A stretch of 64,000 nucleotides of DNA from Candidatus Poribacteria bacterium (GTDB lineage Bacteria > Poribacteria > WGA-4E > WGA-3G), in contig OZ244048.1 in assembly GCA_965215265.1 (NCBI GenBank), forward strand, positions 1,056,001 to 1,120,000, given 5' to 3'. The notes under the pieces are model-generated. The model was not told the DNA's origin and did no database searches. It saw nothing but the letters and a program-made list of their open reading frames with translations. A program made the position numbers and the translations under genes. Positions 48,701 through 60,157 of the stretch are shown one piece after another. Position 1 is the first letter of the stretch; every line of letters starts with the position of its first letter.

Positions 48701-49888
48701 ATGAAGACGTACGCTAGCTCGTCAAGATGCCAGCAAATTTTGTTTGTATGCAGTATTCTTTTCATCTTTTCCGACGCAGATGTCTTAAAAAAACAAGCAG
48801 CCCCTGGATTGCCTATGGCTTTTGCAGACACACGCTCAGAGAAACGTGCACGCGCACGCGAGCTTGGCATCCAGATCGGGCACATCCCAACGGGAGAATA
48901 CAACGCAATCACTGATGTACCAGGTGTCAAGGTAGGACAAGTCACTCTCATCCAAGGAGAATCGATTCGCACGGGTGTCACTGCAATCGTACCGCACGAC
49001 GATATTTGGCAGGCAAATCTATTCGGTGCAGCACACGTCATACACGGCAACGGTGAAGCGACCGGCATTTCAAGAATCAATCAAGCCGGATGGATTGAAT
49101 CTCCAATTTTATTGACAAATACGCTGAGCGTCGGTGCTGTCCACGACGGTGTTGTTCGATACATTGTGAAACGCTATCCTAATAATAATATTGTCCTGCC
49201 GATTGTGGCAGAATGCTACGATGGCGGTTTAAACGATATTAGCGGGCTACATGTCACCGCGTCACACACGATTCAAGCAATAGAATCGGCAGCCTCCGGT
49301 GCCGTAGAAGAAGGCTGTGTCGGTGGTGGTACTGGCATGCGGTGCTATGGGTTCAAAGCAGGAGTAGGCACCGCCTCGCGGGTCTTATCTGAAGAGCAAG
49401 GGGGTTGGAAGGTTGGTGTCTTGGTAAACTCAAACGGTGGTAGACGCCAACAACTACGAATCAACGGTGTTCCGGTCGGACAAGAAATGTCGGATACGCA
49501 ACCGAAGTCTGGGCGAGACGGTTCGTTTATCATTGTGATTGCAACAGATGCTCCGCTAACGCATCGTCAATTAAAACAACTCGCTATACGTGCAACACAC
49601 GGGTTGGCCCGGACTGGCACCCCCAGCACAGATGGAAGTGGCGAATTTGTCATCGCTTTTTCGACTGCAAACCCTATTCCGCGAGGCACCGAAGATGGAA
49701 CTTTTCAGATTCGTGTCCTCGCCAATTGGCGGTTGAGCATGCTGTTTGCAGCTGTCATTGAAGCAACTGAGGAAGCTATCATCAATTCAATGACAATGGC
49801 GACAACGACCACCGGCCGCAACGGAAGAACAATCTACGCGATTCCGTTGGAGCGATTGCAGCAAGTGATGAAACAGTACGGACGTTAA
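48701..49888 (+). CDS. DmpA-like P1/S58 aminopeptidase
   Basis: NAITDVPGVKVG, GGGTGM, G-S cleavage site in RDGSFIIVIATDAPL, EATEEAI. Confidence 0.9.
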   Translation: MKTYASSSRCQQILFVCSILFIFSDADVLKKQAAPGLPMAFADTRSEKRARARELGIQIGHIPTGEYNAITDVPGVKVGQVTLIQGESIRTGVTAIVPHDDIWQANLFGAAHVIHGNGEATGISRINQAGWIESPILLTNTLSVGAVHDGVVRYIVKRYPNNNIVLPIVAECYDGGLNDISGLHVTASHTIQAIESAASGAVEEGCVGGGTGMRCYGFKAGVGTASRVLSEEQGGWKVGVLVNSNGGRRQQLRINGVPVGQEMSDTQPKSGRDGSFIIVIATDAPLTHRQLKQLAIRATHGLARTGTPSTDGSGEFVIAFSTANPIPRGTEDGTFQIRVLANWRLSMLFAAVIEATEEAIINSMTMATTTTGRNGRTIYAIPLERLQQVMKQYGR

Positions 49889-49892
49889 ATTG

Positions 49893-51974
49893 TTATCTTG
49901 CCCCCGGAACGAGCCGGCGAGGAACAATATCGTAGTGCGAAAATTCTAATGTAAAGCTGCCATGCCCCTGCGTCATTGAGCGAAGGCACGTTGTGTACTG
50001 GAAGGTTTCTGATAATGGAATGAGTGCTTTAATAAAGTTAACTGCATCTCGCACACCGCTCTCGCTAATCTGAGCACGTCGCGCATTCAGATCTCCAATC
50101 ACCTTGCCTACGTGCTCATCTGGTACCGTGACATGTATCTGCATAATTGGTTCAAGGAGAACCGGCTTCGCCTTCCTGAGTGCATTTTCAAAGGCGAGTA
50201 CTGCTGCTGCTTCAAACGCTATCTCCGAGGAGTCGGTTGGATGCGTAGAGCCCCCTGTTAGTATCACTTTAATATCTTGCGAGGGGTACCCCATTAGCAC
50301 GCCCAAGTCCATAGCACGCTTGAGCGCGTTCTCAATAGACTGGATATATCGGCGTGGAATCTGGGTTTCATCGGTGCTGTTCTCAAACTGAAACCCTTCG
50401 CCGCGTTCTAACGGCATCACGGTGAGTAACACATCCCCGTAAAGCCCGACTTCCTTGTCCTCTGTTTTATTCGCTGCGTGGATATGTGTCCCGCGCGCCT
50501 CCGCGGAGGTAGTGATAGTTTCTCTATACGCAACTTGGAGTTTGCTAACACGGGCATTTACACTAAATTCACGCAGCATCCTATCTGTCAGGATTTCTAA
50601 GTGGAGTTCCCCCATACCTGAGATAATCCGCTGTCCGGTTTCTTTATCAATTCCCACCGTGAACGTCGGATCTTCTACCATCAGTTTTTCCAATGTTTCC
50701 TCTAAATCGTCGGCATCGCTCGCGCGGGTGGGTTCAATCGCGATAGAGATAACAGGCTCGGGAAATGCAATGGATTCCAATAAAATTGGATGTTTGACAT
50801 CTGTTAAGGTGTCACCTGTTTTAGTCTGCTTAAGACCAACAAGTGCAACGATGTCTCCGGCGTAAGCTGCATCGCAGACTGCTTCTTTGTTAGCATGCAT
50901 CTGCAAAATACGGTGAGCGCGCTCTTGCTTCCCTACCCCGACGTTATAAATGATATCCCCGCGCTTGAGCGTGCCAGAGTAGACACGGCAGTAAACCAAT
51001 TTATCGACAGTCGGGTGAGTTGCCACCTTAAACGCTAAGGCTGAAAACGGAGCGGTGTCCTCTGCTGGACGAATCACCGTGGCTGTATCTTTCGCAGGGC
51101 TTGTCCCTTCGACAGGCGGAATGTCAATCGGAGATGGTAGAAAATCAATCACTGCATCCAGTAGCGGTTGAACACCTTGATTCTTTAATGAACTCCCGCA
51201 AAGCACTGGTAGCAACATACCTGTCAGGGTTCCCATCCGAATAGCTTCCAGTAACTCCGCTATGCTAATATCTTTTCCATCCAAGTATTTTTCAAGCAAC
51301 GCGTCATCTGCCATAGCAACGTTCTCAAGGAGCACTTCCCGTGCAAGTTTGACCTCAGCCTCAAACTGAGGTGGAATTTCAGATTGTTGATAAGTCTGTC
51401 CAAGGGATTCAGTATCCCAATGCAGTAACTTCTGTGTAATGAGGTCAATGACCCCGGTGAATTCACTGCCGAGGCCTATTGGAAGTTGGAGCGGCACTGG
51501 TGTTGCGCCAAGTCGTTCCTTCATCATCTCAATCGCGCGTTCAAAATTCGCGCCGACCCTATCCATCTTATTGACGAAGGCGATTCGTGGGATACCGTAA
51601 CGTTCTGCCTGATGCCACACGGTTTCTGACTGCGGCTCTACGCCTCCGACAGCACAGAAAAGCGCGACTGCACCGTCTAACACACGTAGCGAACGTTCAA
51701 CCTCAACGGTGAAATCGACATGGCCAGGCGTATCAATAAGATGAATGGCGTGCTCTCGCCAGAAACACGTAGTTGCAGCGGCCGTAATCGTTACGCCGCG
51801 CTCCCGTTCCTGTACCATCCAATCCATTTCTGCTGTACCATCATCGACTGCGCCGAGTTTATGTTTTTTGCCTGTATAAAACAGAATGCGTTCCGTTGTC
51901 GTTGTTTTGCCGGCATCAATATGTGCAGCAATACCAATATTCCGGACGTTTTCAATTGGATATTCGCGTGCCAT
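49893..51974 (-). CDS. fusA: Elongation factor G (stand-alone, possibly a paralogue)
   Basis: [42 protein letters not shown]. Confidence 0.9.
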   Translation of the reverse strand: MAREYPIENVRNIGIAAHIDAGKTTTTERILFYTGKKHKLGAVDDGTAEMDWMVQERERGVTITAAATTCFWREHAIHLIDTPGHVDFTVEVERSLRVLDGAVALFCAVGGVEPQSETVWHQAERYGIPRIAFVNKMDRVGANFERAIEMMKERLGATPVPLQLPIGLGSEFTGVIDLITQKLLHWDTESLGQTYQQSEIPPQFEAEVKLAREVLLENVAMADDALLEKYLDGKDISIAELLEAIRMGTLTGMLLPVLCGSSLKNQGVQPLLDAVIDFLPSPIDIPPVEGTSPAKDTATVIRPAEDTAPFSALAFKVATHPTVDKLVYCRVYSGTLKRGDIIYNVGVGKQERAHRILQMHANKEAVCDAAYAGDIVALVGLKQTKTGDTLTDVKHPILLESIAFPEPVISIAIEPTRASDADDLEETLEKLMVEDPTFTVGIDKETGQRIISGMGELHLEILTDRMLREFSVNARVSKLQVAYRETITTSAEARGTHIHAANKTEDKEVGLYGDVLLTVMPLERGEGFQFENSTDETQIPRRYIQSIENALKRAMDLGVLMGYPSQDIKVILTGGSTHPTDSSEIAFEAAAVLAFENALRKAKPVLLEPIMQIHVTVPDEHVGKVIGDLNARRAQISESGVRDAVNFIKALIPLSETFQYTTCLRSMTQGHGSFTLEFSHYDIVPRRLVPGAR

Positions 51975-51976
51975 GA

Positions 51977-52972
51977 TCAATTACTCCATTCGAGGACGAC
52001 ACCCAGGAGCCTCGAATCCCATTCCATAAGCAACTGATATGCCTTCGGCGCGTCACTCCCAGGCACACGATGCGTTATTAGCGGAGCAACCGTGAACCGT
52101 TTTTGCGCAATCAGCGATAGCATCAAAACGCTATCATCTGCAAGTGTCCAGAAATGTGGAGAAGACTCACCACGGGGACGAATTGAATTGTGCGCACCGT
52201 AGAGAATCAGCCCTTTTTTATGGACATCCCGATAGAAATTAACATTTGGTGTTTCGCCTCGCGTACTGGCAAGGATGACAACGCGCGCACCCGAACCTGC
52301 GACATCCAGCGCAGTACTCACTGCTGCAGGATGGCCTGTTGCTTCAACCACAACTGCCGGACCTTCACCATCTGTTGCATCGGCTAATTCCTCAGCAAAG
52401 TCTGGAGTTTCCGGATTGAGCATGTAGTCGGCTCCAACTTTTTTAGAGATGTCGAGACGGCTATCAGTCAAGTCTACAGCAATTAAGGGTAACGCGCCGC
52501 TCAACTTAGCGAGTTGTAACGCAAGCAGCCCGATAAGTCCTTGACCTAAGACTAACGTAGCGTCTCCCAATTCAATTCTCGCCTTCCGAACACCTTGCAA
52601 TGCAATTGCACCGAGGTTAAAGAAAACCGCTTCTTCCGCTTGTGTAGACGAACACGCCACTTTCAGCAATGAATCCGCGTGTGCAACAAAGTGACTCGTA
52701 TGCCCGCGTGTTGATGCGACACGTTCGCCTACCTTATAGGCGGTTACAGACTTTCCTGCTCCTATGATTTTGCCGATATTGCTATAACCGGGTCTTGATG
52801 GGTAACCCCCGCGGGTATTCGGGAGCCCTAATAAAAACGCACGTTCTGTGCCGGGGCTAATAAGTGTGCACGCTGTCTCGACGAGAACCTCGTCGTCCTT
52901 CAGACCAGGTACCTCAAATTCCTCAATATCCACTTTGGCCCGTTCCGGCCAAACAACCCGTTGTCCTTTCAT
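51977..52972 (-). CDS. MDR-family (zinc-binding alcohol dehydrogenase-like) oxidoreductase
   Basis: LISPGTE, PGYSNIG, GQGLIG. Confidence 0.85.
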   Translation of the reverse strand: MKGQRVVWPERAKVDIEEFEVPGLKDDEVLVETACTLISPGTERAFLLGLPNTRGGYPSRPGYSNIGKIIGAGKSVTAYKVGERVASTRGHTSHFVAHADSLLKVACSSTQAEEAVFFNLGAIALQGVRKARIELGDATLVLGQGLIGLLALQLAKLSGALPLIAVDLTDSRLDISKKVGADYMLNPETPDFAEELADATDGEGPAVVVEATGHPAAVSTALDVAGSGARVVILASTRGETPNVNFYRDVHKKGLILYGAHNSIRPRGESSPHFWTLADDSVLMLSLIAQKRFTVAPLITHRVPGSDAPKAYQLLMEWDSRLLGVVLEWSN

Positions 52973-53075
52973 CGAAAATTTAAACCTCCACTTAGGCACA
53001 TTTTAGGCAAACTTTAGCATGCCAATACTATCACTGTATCATAATCCGTTTTATTATGCAAGCATCGAAAAAAAT

Positions 53076-53125
53076 AAAGGATAGCCATTTTTGAGGTATA
53101 TCGCAAAAACGACTATCCTTTTTTA
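53076..53125. terminator. Imperfect hairpin with A/T tails, possible terminator downstream of degP
   Basis: AAGGATAG...TTTTG / CAAAA...CTATCCTT. Confidence 0.45.
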
Positions 53126-53301
53126 TTGAAGGATTCTTTGGTCTGAATCGGGTTATGTTCATGTCGTCATAGACACCGTGGCAGGAGGAACCTACAATTG
53201 GCAAATTTCCGATGTGAATTTTCCATAAGGTTTCACACTGGGCGGTTTTTGACTAATTCCGAACAGCTGGCCTTTCAGACATCAATGAACTTTGCCAAAA
53301 A

Positions 53302-54888
53302 CTAGCGGTCATCAGAATTTATATTCAAACTAATGTAACGCGCGCGCCGCCGGTTTGGGGATTTCACATAGAGGAGAACGCGTTTTTCATTCTTCTCTCG
53401 AAGTTGGTTAACAACATCTGAGTAATCCTCAAGATTTCTAATACGGATGTACTCCATTTCTTGAATGAGATCTCCAGATCTAATTCCCTTCCTCGCGGCG
53501 TGACTACGCTCAGAAACACGGGTAACAATAACGCCTGTCTCATCTGGTGAGTGCCCGTGACGTTCAGCAAGCGCGCGGGTTAACTCTCGAACGTGAAGTC
53601 CTGCAAAGACTTTCTCTGGTACTACAGTTCCCGATTCCTGTTCCTCGTTGAATCTAGCTAGAACTTCTTCAGTTCGTTCGCCCAATTTAACAGTTAACCG
53701 TTCTTCTTTGCCTTTGCCTCCCCGGCGTAGGACTATCACGTCAACAGACTTCCCTACTTCAGTCAGGGCGACAGTATGCATCAGATGAGTGATATCCCGG
53801 ATTTCTACACCGTCAAACGCAATAACAACATCTCCTCTTTGGATTCCGGCATCGTGCGCTGGGCTTTCGGGCATAACACTAGATACCAATGCACCACGAG
53901 GCTTGTCAAGTTGTAGTTTTTCGGCTAAGTCATGGTTAACTTCTTGCATACGAATGCCGAGCCAGCCACGGATCACCTTTCCGTTTTCAATGAGTTGCGT
54001 AAGGTTTTGCTGTACGATGTTACTGGGAACAGCGAAACCGATGCCAATATTGCCACCGCTAAATCCACGTGTCGCAATTAGGGTATTAATACCGACTAAT
54101 TCGCCACGGATGTTAATCAATGCACCGCCGCTGTTTCCTTGGTTTATCGGTGCATCGGTCTGTATGAAATTACCGTACCTAATTAAATTACTGTAGCGTC
54201 CCTTCGCACTAACAATGCCGCGGGTGACTGTCTGAGAGAGGTTCAAGGGAGCACCGATCGCGATAACCCACTCGCCAACCTCAAGCGCGTCCGAATCCCC
54301 GAACGGTATTACCGGAAGTCCTTCAGCATCAATTTTGAGTACGGCCAAATCTGTTCCGCTGGTTCTAATTCCGGCAGCATCCCGTCCGATTAACTCTGCT
54401 GGATATTCCCTGCGATCTGCGAGAATGACAGTCATCTCATCAACACCCTCAATCACATGGTTGTTAGTCAAAATATAACCGTCGTCACTGATAATCACGC
54501 CGGAACCTATTCCTATACTAGGTTCTTCATCCTGCTGAGGTGCCCGGTCTTCAAAGTCTCGAAAGAACCGATCTAAATCAAAAAATTGCCTGAATTGCTC
54601 TTGTGAAGATTGTCTCGTTCGTTGTGTTTTTGTGTTAATTTCCACAATCGACGGGCGTACCCGATTAACTAATTTGATGAAAGCGCGATTTGCTCTTTCT
54701 AAATATTGGAAATCCTCTAAATCCTGGCCTTTAAGAGTTTGGAGCGTTTCGTTAGTTTGGCCAACTGCGTTCTGCAGTGTAAATTCATCTCCACCACGTT
54801 CAATGAAGAGCCCAAAACCAACGATGAATCCAGCTAAAACCAAGAGTAAAACGACGTGTTTATGTAAACTACCGCTGAATTTAAACAT
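53302..54888 (-). CDS. degP: HtrA/DegP (Do) serine protease with two PDZ domains
   Basis: GSGVII, LTNNHV, DLAVLK, IQTDAPINQGNSGG. Confidence 0.92.
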   Translation of the reverse strand: MFKFSGSLHKHVVLLLVLAGFIVGFGLFIERGGDEFTLQNAVGQTNETLQTLKGQDLEDFQYLERANRAFIKLVNRVRPSIVEINTKTQRTRQSSQEQFRQFFDLDRFFRDFEDRAPQQDEEPSIGIGSGVIISDDGYILTNNHVIEGVDEMTVILADRREYPAELIGRDAAGIRTSGTDLAVLKIDAEGLPVIPFGDSDALEVGEWVIAIGAPLNLSQTVTRGIVSAKGRYSNLIRYGNFIQTDAPINQGNSGGALINIRGELVGINTLIATRGFSGGNIGIGFAVPSNIVQQNLTQLIENGKVIRGWLGIRMQEVNHDLAEKLQLDKPRGALVSSVMPESPAHDAGIQRGDVVIAFDGVEIRDITHLMHTVALTEVGKSVDVIVLRRGGKGKEERLTVKLGERTEEVLARFNEEQESGTVVPEKVFAGLHVRELTRALAERHGHSPDETGVIVTRVSERSHAARKGIRSGDLIQEMEYIRIRNLEDYSDVVNQLREKNEKRVLLYVKSPNRRRARYISLNINSDDR

Positions 54889-55075
54889 GAGTTATTACCC
54901 CCAATTGTAAAATTTAGTTCCTTCTAAATGGATACTTCATTTTTCTTCTAAAGATTTAGCCTCTTTAGTGGCTGCTTTATTTTATTTTTTAATTCACGCC
55001 TTAGAAACACACCCATGGGTGCATAAAGTTGCAAATTTTTTTATTGAAAGATGGACGGGTAGCACCAATAATTCT

Positions 55076-55423
55076 TTAATGACCGCGCGAAATTCGCTCA
55101 ACGTGCTCCCGCACAATAGGTTCTGGACAAAGCCGGATGAACAACCATGCCCCCGGAACCAGTATCACAAGCGCGCCTACCGCAAGGTCGTCAAGGCGCC
55201 CAAGAATGGGCAGAAAATCAAGATCTAACGGATTCACAAAGTATGCAATTGCGAACGCCACCGCCAACAATTCTGCAGCCACTAAAATTGCTTTCCGGTA
55301 GATAGGCACGCGCTTGTCACTAAACAGCCGCCACGTTAACCGCACGAAATTCGGAAAATGAAGTAGAATACGAAAAAAACGCAAACGTCCAGCGTTTTTC
55401 CCAGCAAAGAAAAAAGGGTTCAT
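55076..55423 (-). CDS. DUF1232 (YkvA) membrane protein
   Basis: DKRVP...AYFVNPLD..FLPILGRLDD. Confidence 0.8.
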   Translation of the reverse strand: MNPFFFAGKNAGRLRFFRILLHFPNFVRLTWRLFSDKRVPIYRKAILVAAELLAVAFAIAYFVNPLDLDFLPILGRLDDLAVGALVILVPGAWLFIRLCPEPIVREHVERISRGH

Positions 55424-55522
55424 AATTGATTAATTTAGCATAAATTCTTTCTATATGCAAGTCAATTTTTGACTTATGAAGCTTAATGGACAGGTAATTA
55501 GGAGGAATTGAAAAATAAAAAA

Positions 55523-55551
55523 TTGACATGATAATGGCAATCTGGTACAAT
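55523..55551 (+). promoter_or_regulatory. Sigma70-type promoter
   Basis: TTGACA-17 bp-TACAAT. Confidence 0.65.
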
Positions 55552-55598
55552 TGAGAACAATTGGTACACGAAACTTATGTATGAAGGAGACATAACAG

Positions 55599-56663
55599 AT
55601 GGCAGCTCAGACGTACCGCATTGGAATCATCGGCTGTGGTGGCATGGGACGTTCTCATTCGAGAGCATGGACAAAACATCCGCGTGCAGAACTTGCCGCC
55701 GCAATGGACATCTACGAGGAGTCAGCTAAACGGGTAGCCGCTGAGTACGACATTCCGGCCGTTTATACCAACGTTGAGGAGATGCTTGCAAAAGAAGATT
55801 TGGACATTGTGAGTATCACCACTTGGCAGGGACCTCGGGCGGAGGCAACAGTTGCAGCGGCAAACGCCGGCGTGAAAGGAATTATCGGTGAAAAACCGAT
55901 GGCAGCATCTCTTGGGCAAGCGGATGATATGCTTGCAGCTTGCAAACAGAACAGTGTCAAGCTCATCATCGGGCACCAAGGAAGATACGCTCCTGCGAAT
56001 ATTGAGGCGCGGCGGCTTGTCGCAGCAGGAGCAATCGGACAACCGACAACACTTCACCACCGTGCGAAAGCTCACGCGGGTCTTCTGAACACCGGCACGC
56101 ACGCGATAGATGGCTGGCGGTTTATGTTGTCTGACCCCGAGACGCTGTGGGTTATCGGGCAAACTTCTCGGACAACAGACCGGTGGGAAAGGCGCACAAT
56201 TTGTGAAGATCTTTGCATGGGCCTAGTTTGCTTTGAAGGCGGTGCACGCGGTATCTACGAAGGTGACTTGCCAGAACCCCCGGTTCCGATGCCCAGAATT
56301 GCTGGAACAGACGGAATAATTCGCAGCGGGCCTGATGGGAGCTTGCTGCTCCAAAATGGTGATGCGAAGGGGTGGCAAACGATTACGCCGCCGCCTGAAC
56401 CGAAGAATCAGTTTCAAGAACTCATTGAGTGGATAGAAGGAGGTATTCCTGAACATCGCGGCAGTGGGGTGCAAGCGAGATACACGCTTGAGATTATGTT
56501 GGCGATTTATGAGTCGTTGCGCATCAAAAATGTCGTGACGATGCCCATGCAGACGAAGGAACTGCCCTTGGAACTGATGGTTAAAGATGGAACACTACCG
56601 GTTTTAGAAGAGGGCAGATACGATCTGCGTACTCCGTTTGAAGGGCAAATTCGGAAACGGTGA
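55599..56663 (+). CDS. Gfo/Idh/MocA oxidoreductase
   Basis: IGIIGCGGMG, EKPMA, GTHAID. Confidence 0.9.
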   Translation: MAAQTYRIGIIGCGGMGRSHSRAWTKHPRAELAAAMDIYEESAKRVAAEYDIPAVYTNVEEMLAKEDLDIVSITTWQGPRAEATVAAANAGVKGIIGEKPMAASLGQADDMLAACKQNSVKLIIGHQGRYAPANIEARRLVAAGAIGQPTTLHHRAKAHAGLLNTGTHAIDGWRFMLSDPETLWVIGQTSRTTDRWERRTICEDLCMGLVCFEGGARGIYEGDLPEPPVPMPRIAGTDGIIRSGPDGSLLLQNGDAKGWQTITPPPEPKNQFQELIEWIEGGIPEHRGSGVQARYTLEIMLAIYESLRIKNVVTMPMQTKELPLELMVKDGTLPVLEEGRYDLRTPFEGQIRKR

Positions 56664-56668
56664 TTTTG

Positions 56669-56739
56669 TTGGCAGGTTCGGTATTCTTTGTCTCTCCTAC
56701 AAGGAGAGACAAGATTCCCTTATCCTGCCAATCTATAGA
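56669..56739. repeat. Stand-alone family B hairpin element
   Basis: TTGGCAGG...TTGTCTCTCCT-ACA-AGGAGAGACAA...CCTGCCAA-TCTATAGA. Confidence 0.85.
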
Positions 56740-56829
56740 TCGGTGGGGAATGCACGCATGGCATTCCATCAGCATGACTGTATCTATCTCACCTGAGACA
56801 CTGGAATATGATGCTTAGGAGATATAGGG

Positions 56830-57312
56830 ATGAAAGAATCAGAAAGTGAACAAGTGAATCGCCGCTCGTTTTTACAAATCGCGACTGCGTTCATCAGTGG
56901 GGTTGTTGGGCTCGCTGCCGGGATACCGCTCATCGGATTCGCAATCTCGCCGGCTTTTAAAAAAGGCGAGTCAAAATGGGTTGATTTGGGATTGGTCTCC
57001 TTGCTGAGCGGGAGTCGGTTTAAGAAGGTAGATTATACGTTCACAGCAAAAGATGGCTGGGTCAAATCAACGAAGAAACGTTCTGTCTACGTAACAGATG
57101 CAGGTTCAGGGAAGTGGGACGTGTTTTCTCGGACCTGTTCTCACTTAGGATGCCTGGTCCGGTGGGATGAAAAGCGTGACGAATTTCTATGTCCCTGTCA
57201 CGGTGCAGTGTTTGATAAGAATGGTACGGTTATCGCAGGACCGCCGCCACGTCCTTTGCAGAAACTTGAGGTTAAAGTGGAAGCTGGCGTTTTGTACGTA
57301 AAGGAGACGTAG
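56830..57312 (+). CDS. Rieske 2Fe-2S subunit (Tat-exported) of a cytochrome bc-type complex
   Basis: NRRSFL Tat motif; CSHLGC and CPCHG. Confidence 0.93.
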   Translation: MKESESEQVNRRSFLQIATAFISGVVGLAAGIPLIGFAISPAFKKGESKWVDLGLVSLLSGSRFKKVDYTFTAKDGWVKSTKKRSVYVTDAGSGKWDVFSRTCSHLGCLVRWDEKRDEFLCPCHGAVFDKNGTVIAGPPPRPLQKLEVKVEAGVLYVKET

Positions 57313-57313
57313 G

Positions 57314-58819
57314 ATGAGGCAGTTTCTAAAAGAGCGTCTACCGTTAGCAGAAATAGATAACCATTTACGTAAACCTTTACCGAAGCAGATCAACCTGCTG
57401 TTCTCGTTGGGGAGTTTAGCGATGTTTCTGCTGTTGCTTCAAGCTGCTACGGGCGCGTTTCTGGCGTTATACTATTCGCCGTCGCCGGAGCATGCACATA
57501 ACGCTGTGAAATATATTAGTGAAGAGGTGCCGTTTGGGGCGTTTGTGCGGGGCTTACACCATTGGGGTGCAAGTGCGACGGTTATCATCATTTTCTTGCA
57601 TCTGTTGCGCGTGGTGCTTTATAGTTCATACAAGGCACCACGTGAACTGACGTGGATCTTTGGTGTCCTTCTACTTTTGGTGATACTCGGCTTCGGTTTT
57701 ACGGGTTACCTACTGCCCTGGGATGAGAAGGCGTATTGGGCCACCGTCGTTGGCGTGGAGATAGCAGGGACCGTGCCAGTGCTTGGAGAATTTGTTGAGA
57801 AAGTGCTACGCGGCGGCACTGAAATCGGGGCGGTAACGTTGTCAAGATTTTACGCACTCCACACGATTTGGCTACCGTGGTTCGCTTTCGGATTAGTGGC
57901 GGCGCATCTTTTTTTCGTCCGGTATTACGGTTCATCCGGAGCACCACAAAATACAGCGGAAGAGATGCAAACGGGTAAGCCGTTCTATCCAGATCAAGTA
58001 TTTGAAGACGTTGTGGGCATACTCGTTCTGTTTCTGATACTCGTTTCGGTGACGTTGTTCGTTCCGGTGCCATTGGAAGATGTTGCAGATGTGACAAATG
58101 CAAATTATGATCCGAGGCCAGAGTGGTATTTCCTCTTTCTCTTTCAACTACTCAAATACTTCCAGGGCCCTTTTGAAATTATCGGCACGTTCGTGATACC
58201 GACGGTTGGTATCTTGCTATTGCTGTTTCTGCCGTTCTTGGATCGAAGCGGACGTGAGGTTCTCTGGAAACGTCCCGTCGCACTTACAGTCACCAGCATT
58301 TGTGTTGTAGGGATTGTCGGCTTAACAATTCTAGGGGCAAGTTCTCCGAAACTTAAAATAGCAGAAGCAAATGGCGAAACTGCACCTCCGAGTACAGAGC
58401 AGAGGGCAATTCCACCTATTGACGAAACTAATATGGATGAGCCGGATGCAGCGGAAGAACAACCGCCTGAAGTCGAAGATTTAAAGGCACTGATGGCACT
58501 GATGATAGATTCCTATTATGATGTTGTTGACTATTTTGATACAGGTCAGGACAAAGCGAAGGCTGTTGCTGCCGCAAAGGAGCTCGCCAACTATGGAAAA
58601 ATCATCTCAAATTTTGAACCGCCAAAGAACTCGGATAAAGCCGAGGAGTACGCCCTGCTTCAAAACCGCTTCAATGAGATGCTGACACAATTTGCTCACG
58701 CACTTGAGAAGCAAGGAATTTCTGAGGAGACGCAGGCGCTGTGGGATGCCATCGTTTCGCTTGTTAATCAAGCACATCTAAGGTTTAGCCAGGAAGAGAT
58801 TGATCTGGATGCGTATTAA
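57314..58819 (+). CDS. Cytochrome b (b6 and subunit IV fused) with a C-terminal helical domain
   Basis: RGLHHWGAS, FLHLLR, GYLLPWD, RFYALH, PEWYFLF. Confidence 0.92.
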   Translation: MRQFLKERLPLAEIDNHLRKPLPKQINLLFSLGSLAMFLLLLQAATGAFLALYYSPSPEHAHNAVKYISEEVPFGAFVRGLHHWGASATVIIIFLHLLRVVLYSSYKAPRELTWIFGVLLLLVILGFGFTGYLLPWDEKAYWATVVGVEIAGTVPVLGEFVEKVLRGGTEIGAVTLSRFYALHTIWLPWFAFGLVAAHLFFVRYYGSSGAPQNTAEEMQTGKPFYPDQVFEDVVGILVLFLILVSVTLFVPVPLEDVADVTNANYDPRPEWYFLFLFQLLKYFQGPFEIIGTFVIPTVGILLLLFLPFLDRSGREVLWKRPVALTVTSICVVGIVGLTILGASSPKLKIAEANGETAPPSTEQRAIPPIDETNMDEPDAAEEQPPEVEDLKALMALMIDSYYDVVDYFDTGQDKAKAVAAAKELANYGKIISNFEPPKNSDKAEEYALLQNRFNEMLTQFAHALEKQGISEETQALWDAIVSLVNQAHLRFSQEEIDLDAY

Positions 58820-58822
58820 CGC

Positions 58823-59179
58823 TTTTTCGTCAACGGTATACAATATGTGCTTTATACGAAAAAAAAAAGACTATACCTAAGTAATCTCCGATCTATAGAT
58901 AAAAGGTAATCTTGTCTCTCCTGAAGGACAGACAAAGAAGGATTCGGGTGGGCGGGAGCCATACAGAACCTGCCAAGATTTTCACAGTAATTGACACAAC
59001 ATAAGGCGTTATCGGGCTAAAATATACGAAAAAATATGAATCTCGCCTGACCTTACCGGAGATGGGTACAGAATGTTTAAGGAGGGTTATATTTAGAGTC
59101 AATACATCGAAGGGCTCAGACGAGATTTACACACGAGCTATCATTACATAGACGTTGATGGTACGGAGATATACAAAAA
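58823..59179. repeat. Composite A elements with B and the D motif (GGATTCGGGTGGGCGGG) nested
   Basis: CTCCGA-TCTATAGAT...CCTGCCAA-GATTTTCACAG; arms ending ATATACGAAAA and ATATACAAAAA. Confidence 0.8.
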
Positions 59180-59200
59180 CACGTTTCCACCGACTAAACC

Positions 59201-60157
59201 TTATCGTTTTCCAGACGAAATCATCTGCTTTGCAGCGTTGAACTGTTCTTCAAGGTTCGGCAGCCCTTTGGCACGTTCGAGGAAAATATCTAGATAGCGG
59301 TACATCATAAGCGTATCACCGGTTTTCTGATAGACGAGCGCGAGCCGATAATATGCTTCTACCTCCGTTTTGTCGAGTGAGAGTCCTTTTTCGTATGCTT
59401 GGATAGTACGGACAAATTTTTGTGATACTTCGTGTGTCATGCCTATTGTGGCTGGTTTGGTGAGTTGGGCTGCTGCGCTCTCTTCATAAGCGAGACCAAG
59501 GTTAAAATAGCTAGTCGCATCCGTGTCATCCAGCCCGATGGCTTGTTCGTAGTACTGAATTGCTTCGTTATAGAATTCTCGGTTGAGGTATGCAGCAGCA
59601 AGGTTGTTGTAAGCATCGACGAAGGTGGTATCTGCCTCAATTGCGCTACGATAAGCGGATAGCGCCTCGTCAAACTGGTCTACCATGTCGTATGCATAGC
59701 CGAGGTTGTTATAGAAGGCGGAGTTTCCGGGCATAATTTCAAGGGCAGTATGAAACATATCAATAGCCTGTGTGTACAAGCGGAGATCGAGGTAAACCAG
59801 GCCCAGATTGTTATAGGCATGCTGATGCCTTGCGTCCAACGTGATGGCATTTTGAAAAGATTCTATTGCATTCTCATATTCACCCAGTTGATGATAAATT
59901 TTTCCTAGCTGTAAATGTCCCTCCGAATCTATCGGGTTGAGGGCTCGCCCCATTCTGAGTTGGATAGCATCACGTTGCAGTTCCCGCCGTCGCTGTTGCG
60001 TGCTATCGGGTGAATTGCATGCGACGAGAAGAATTATAATGGAAGAGGCCAGAAAGTCTCTTACGAAATGGGTAGCAGGACGTTTGGGCCTCCTCCATCT
60101 AATGGGTGCTATTAACGAAAAAAGGAGAGAAAGATGATTATTGATACACATACGCAT
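59201..60157 (-). CDS. TPR-repeat (lipo)protein; start probably downstream of 60157
   Basis: AYNNLG/YNNLA/YFNLG TPRs; LVAC lipobox. Confidence 0.85.
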   Translation of the reverse strand: MRMCINNHLSLLFSLIAPIRWRRPKRPATHFVRDFLASSIIILLVACNSPDSTQQRRRELQRDAIQLRMGRALNPIDSEGHLQLGKIYHQLGEYENAIESFQNAITLDARHQHAYNNLGLVYLDLRLYTQAIDMFHTALEIMPGNSAFYNNLGYAYDMVDQFDEALSAYRSAIEADTTFVDAYNNLAAAYLNREFYNEAIQYYEQAIGLDDTDATSYFNLGLAYEESAAAQLTKPATIGMTHEVSQKFVRTIQAYEKGLSLDKTEVEAYYRLALVYQKTGDTLMMYRYLDIFLERAKGLPNLEEQFNAAKQMISSGKR

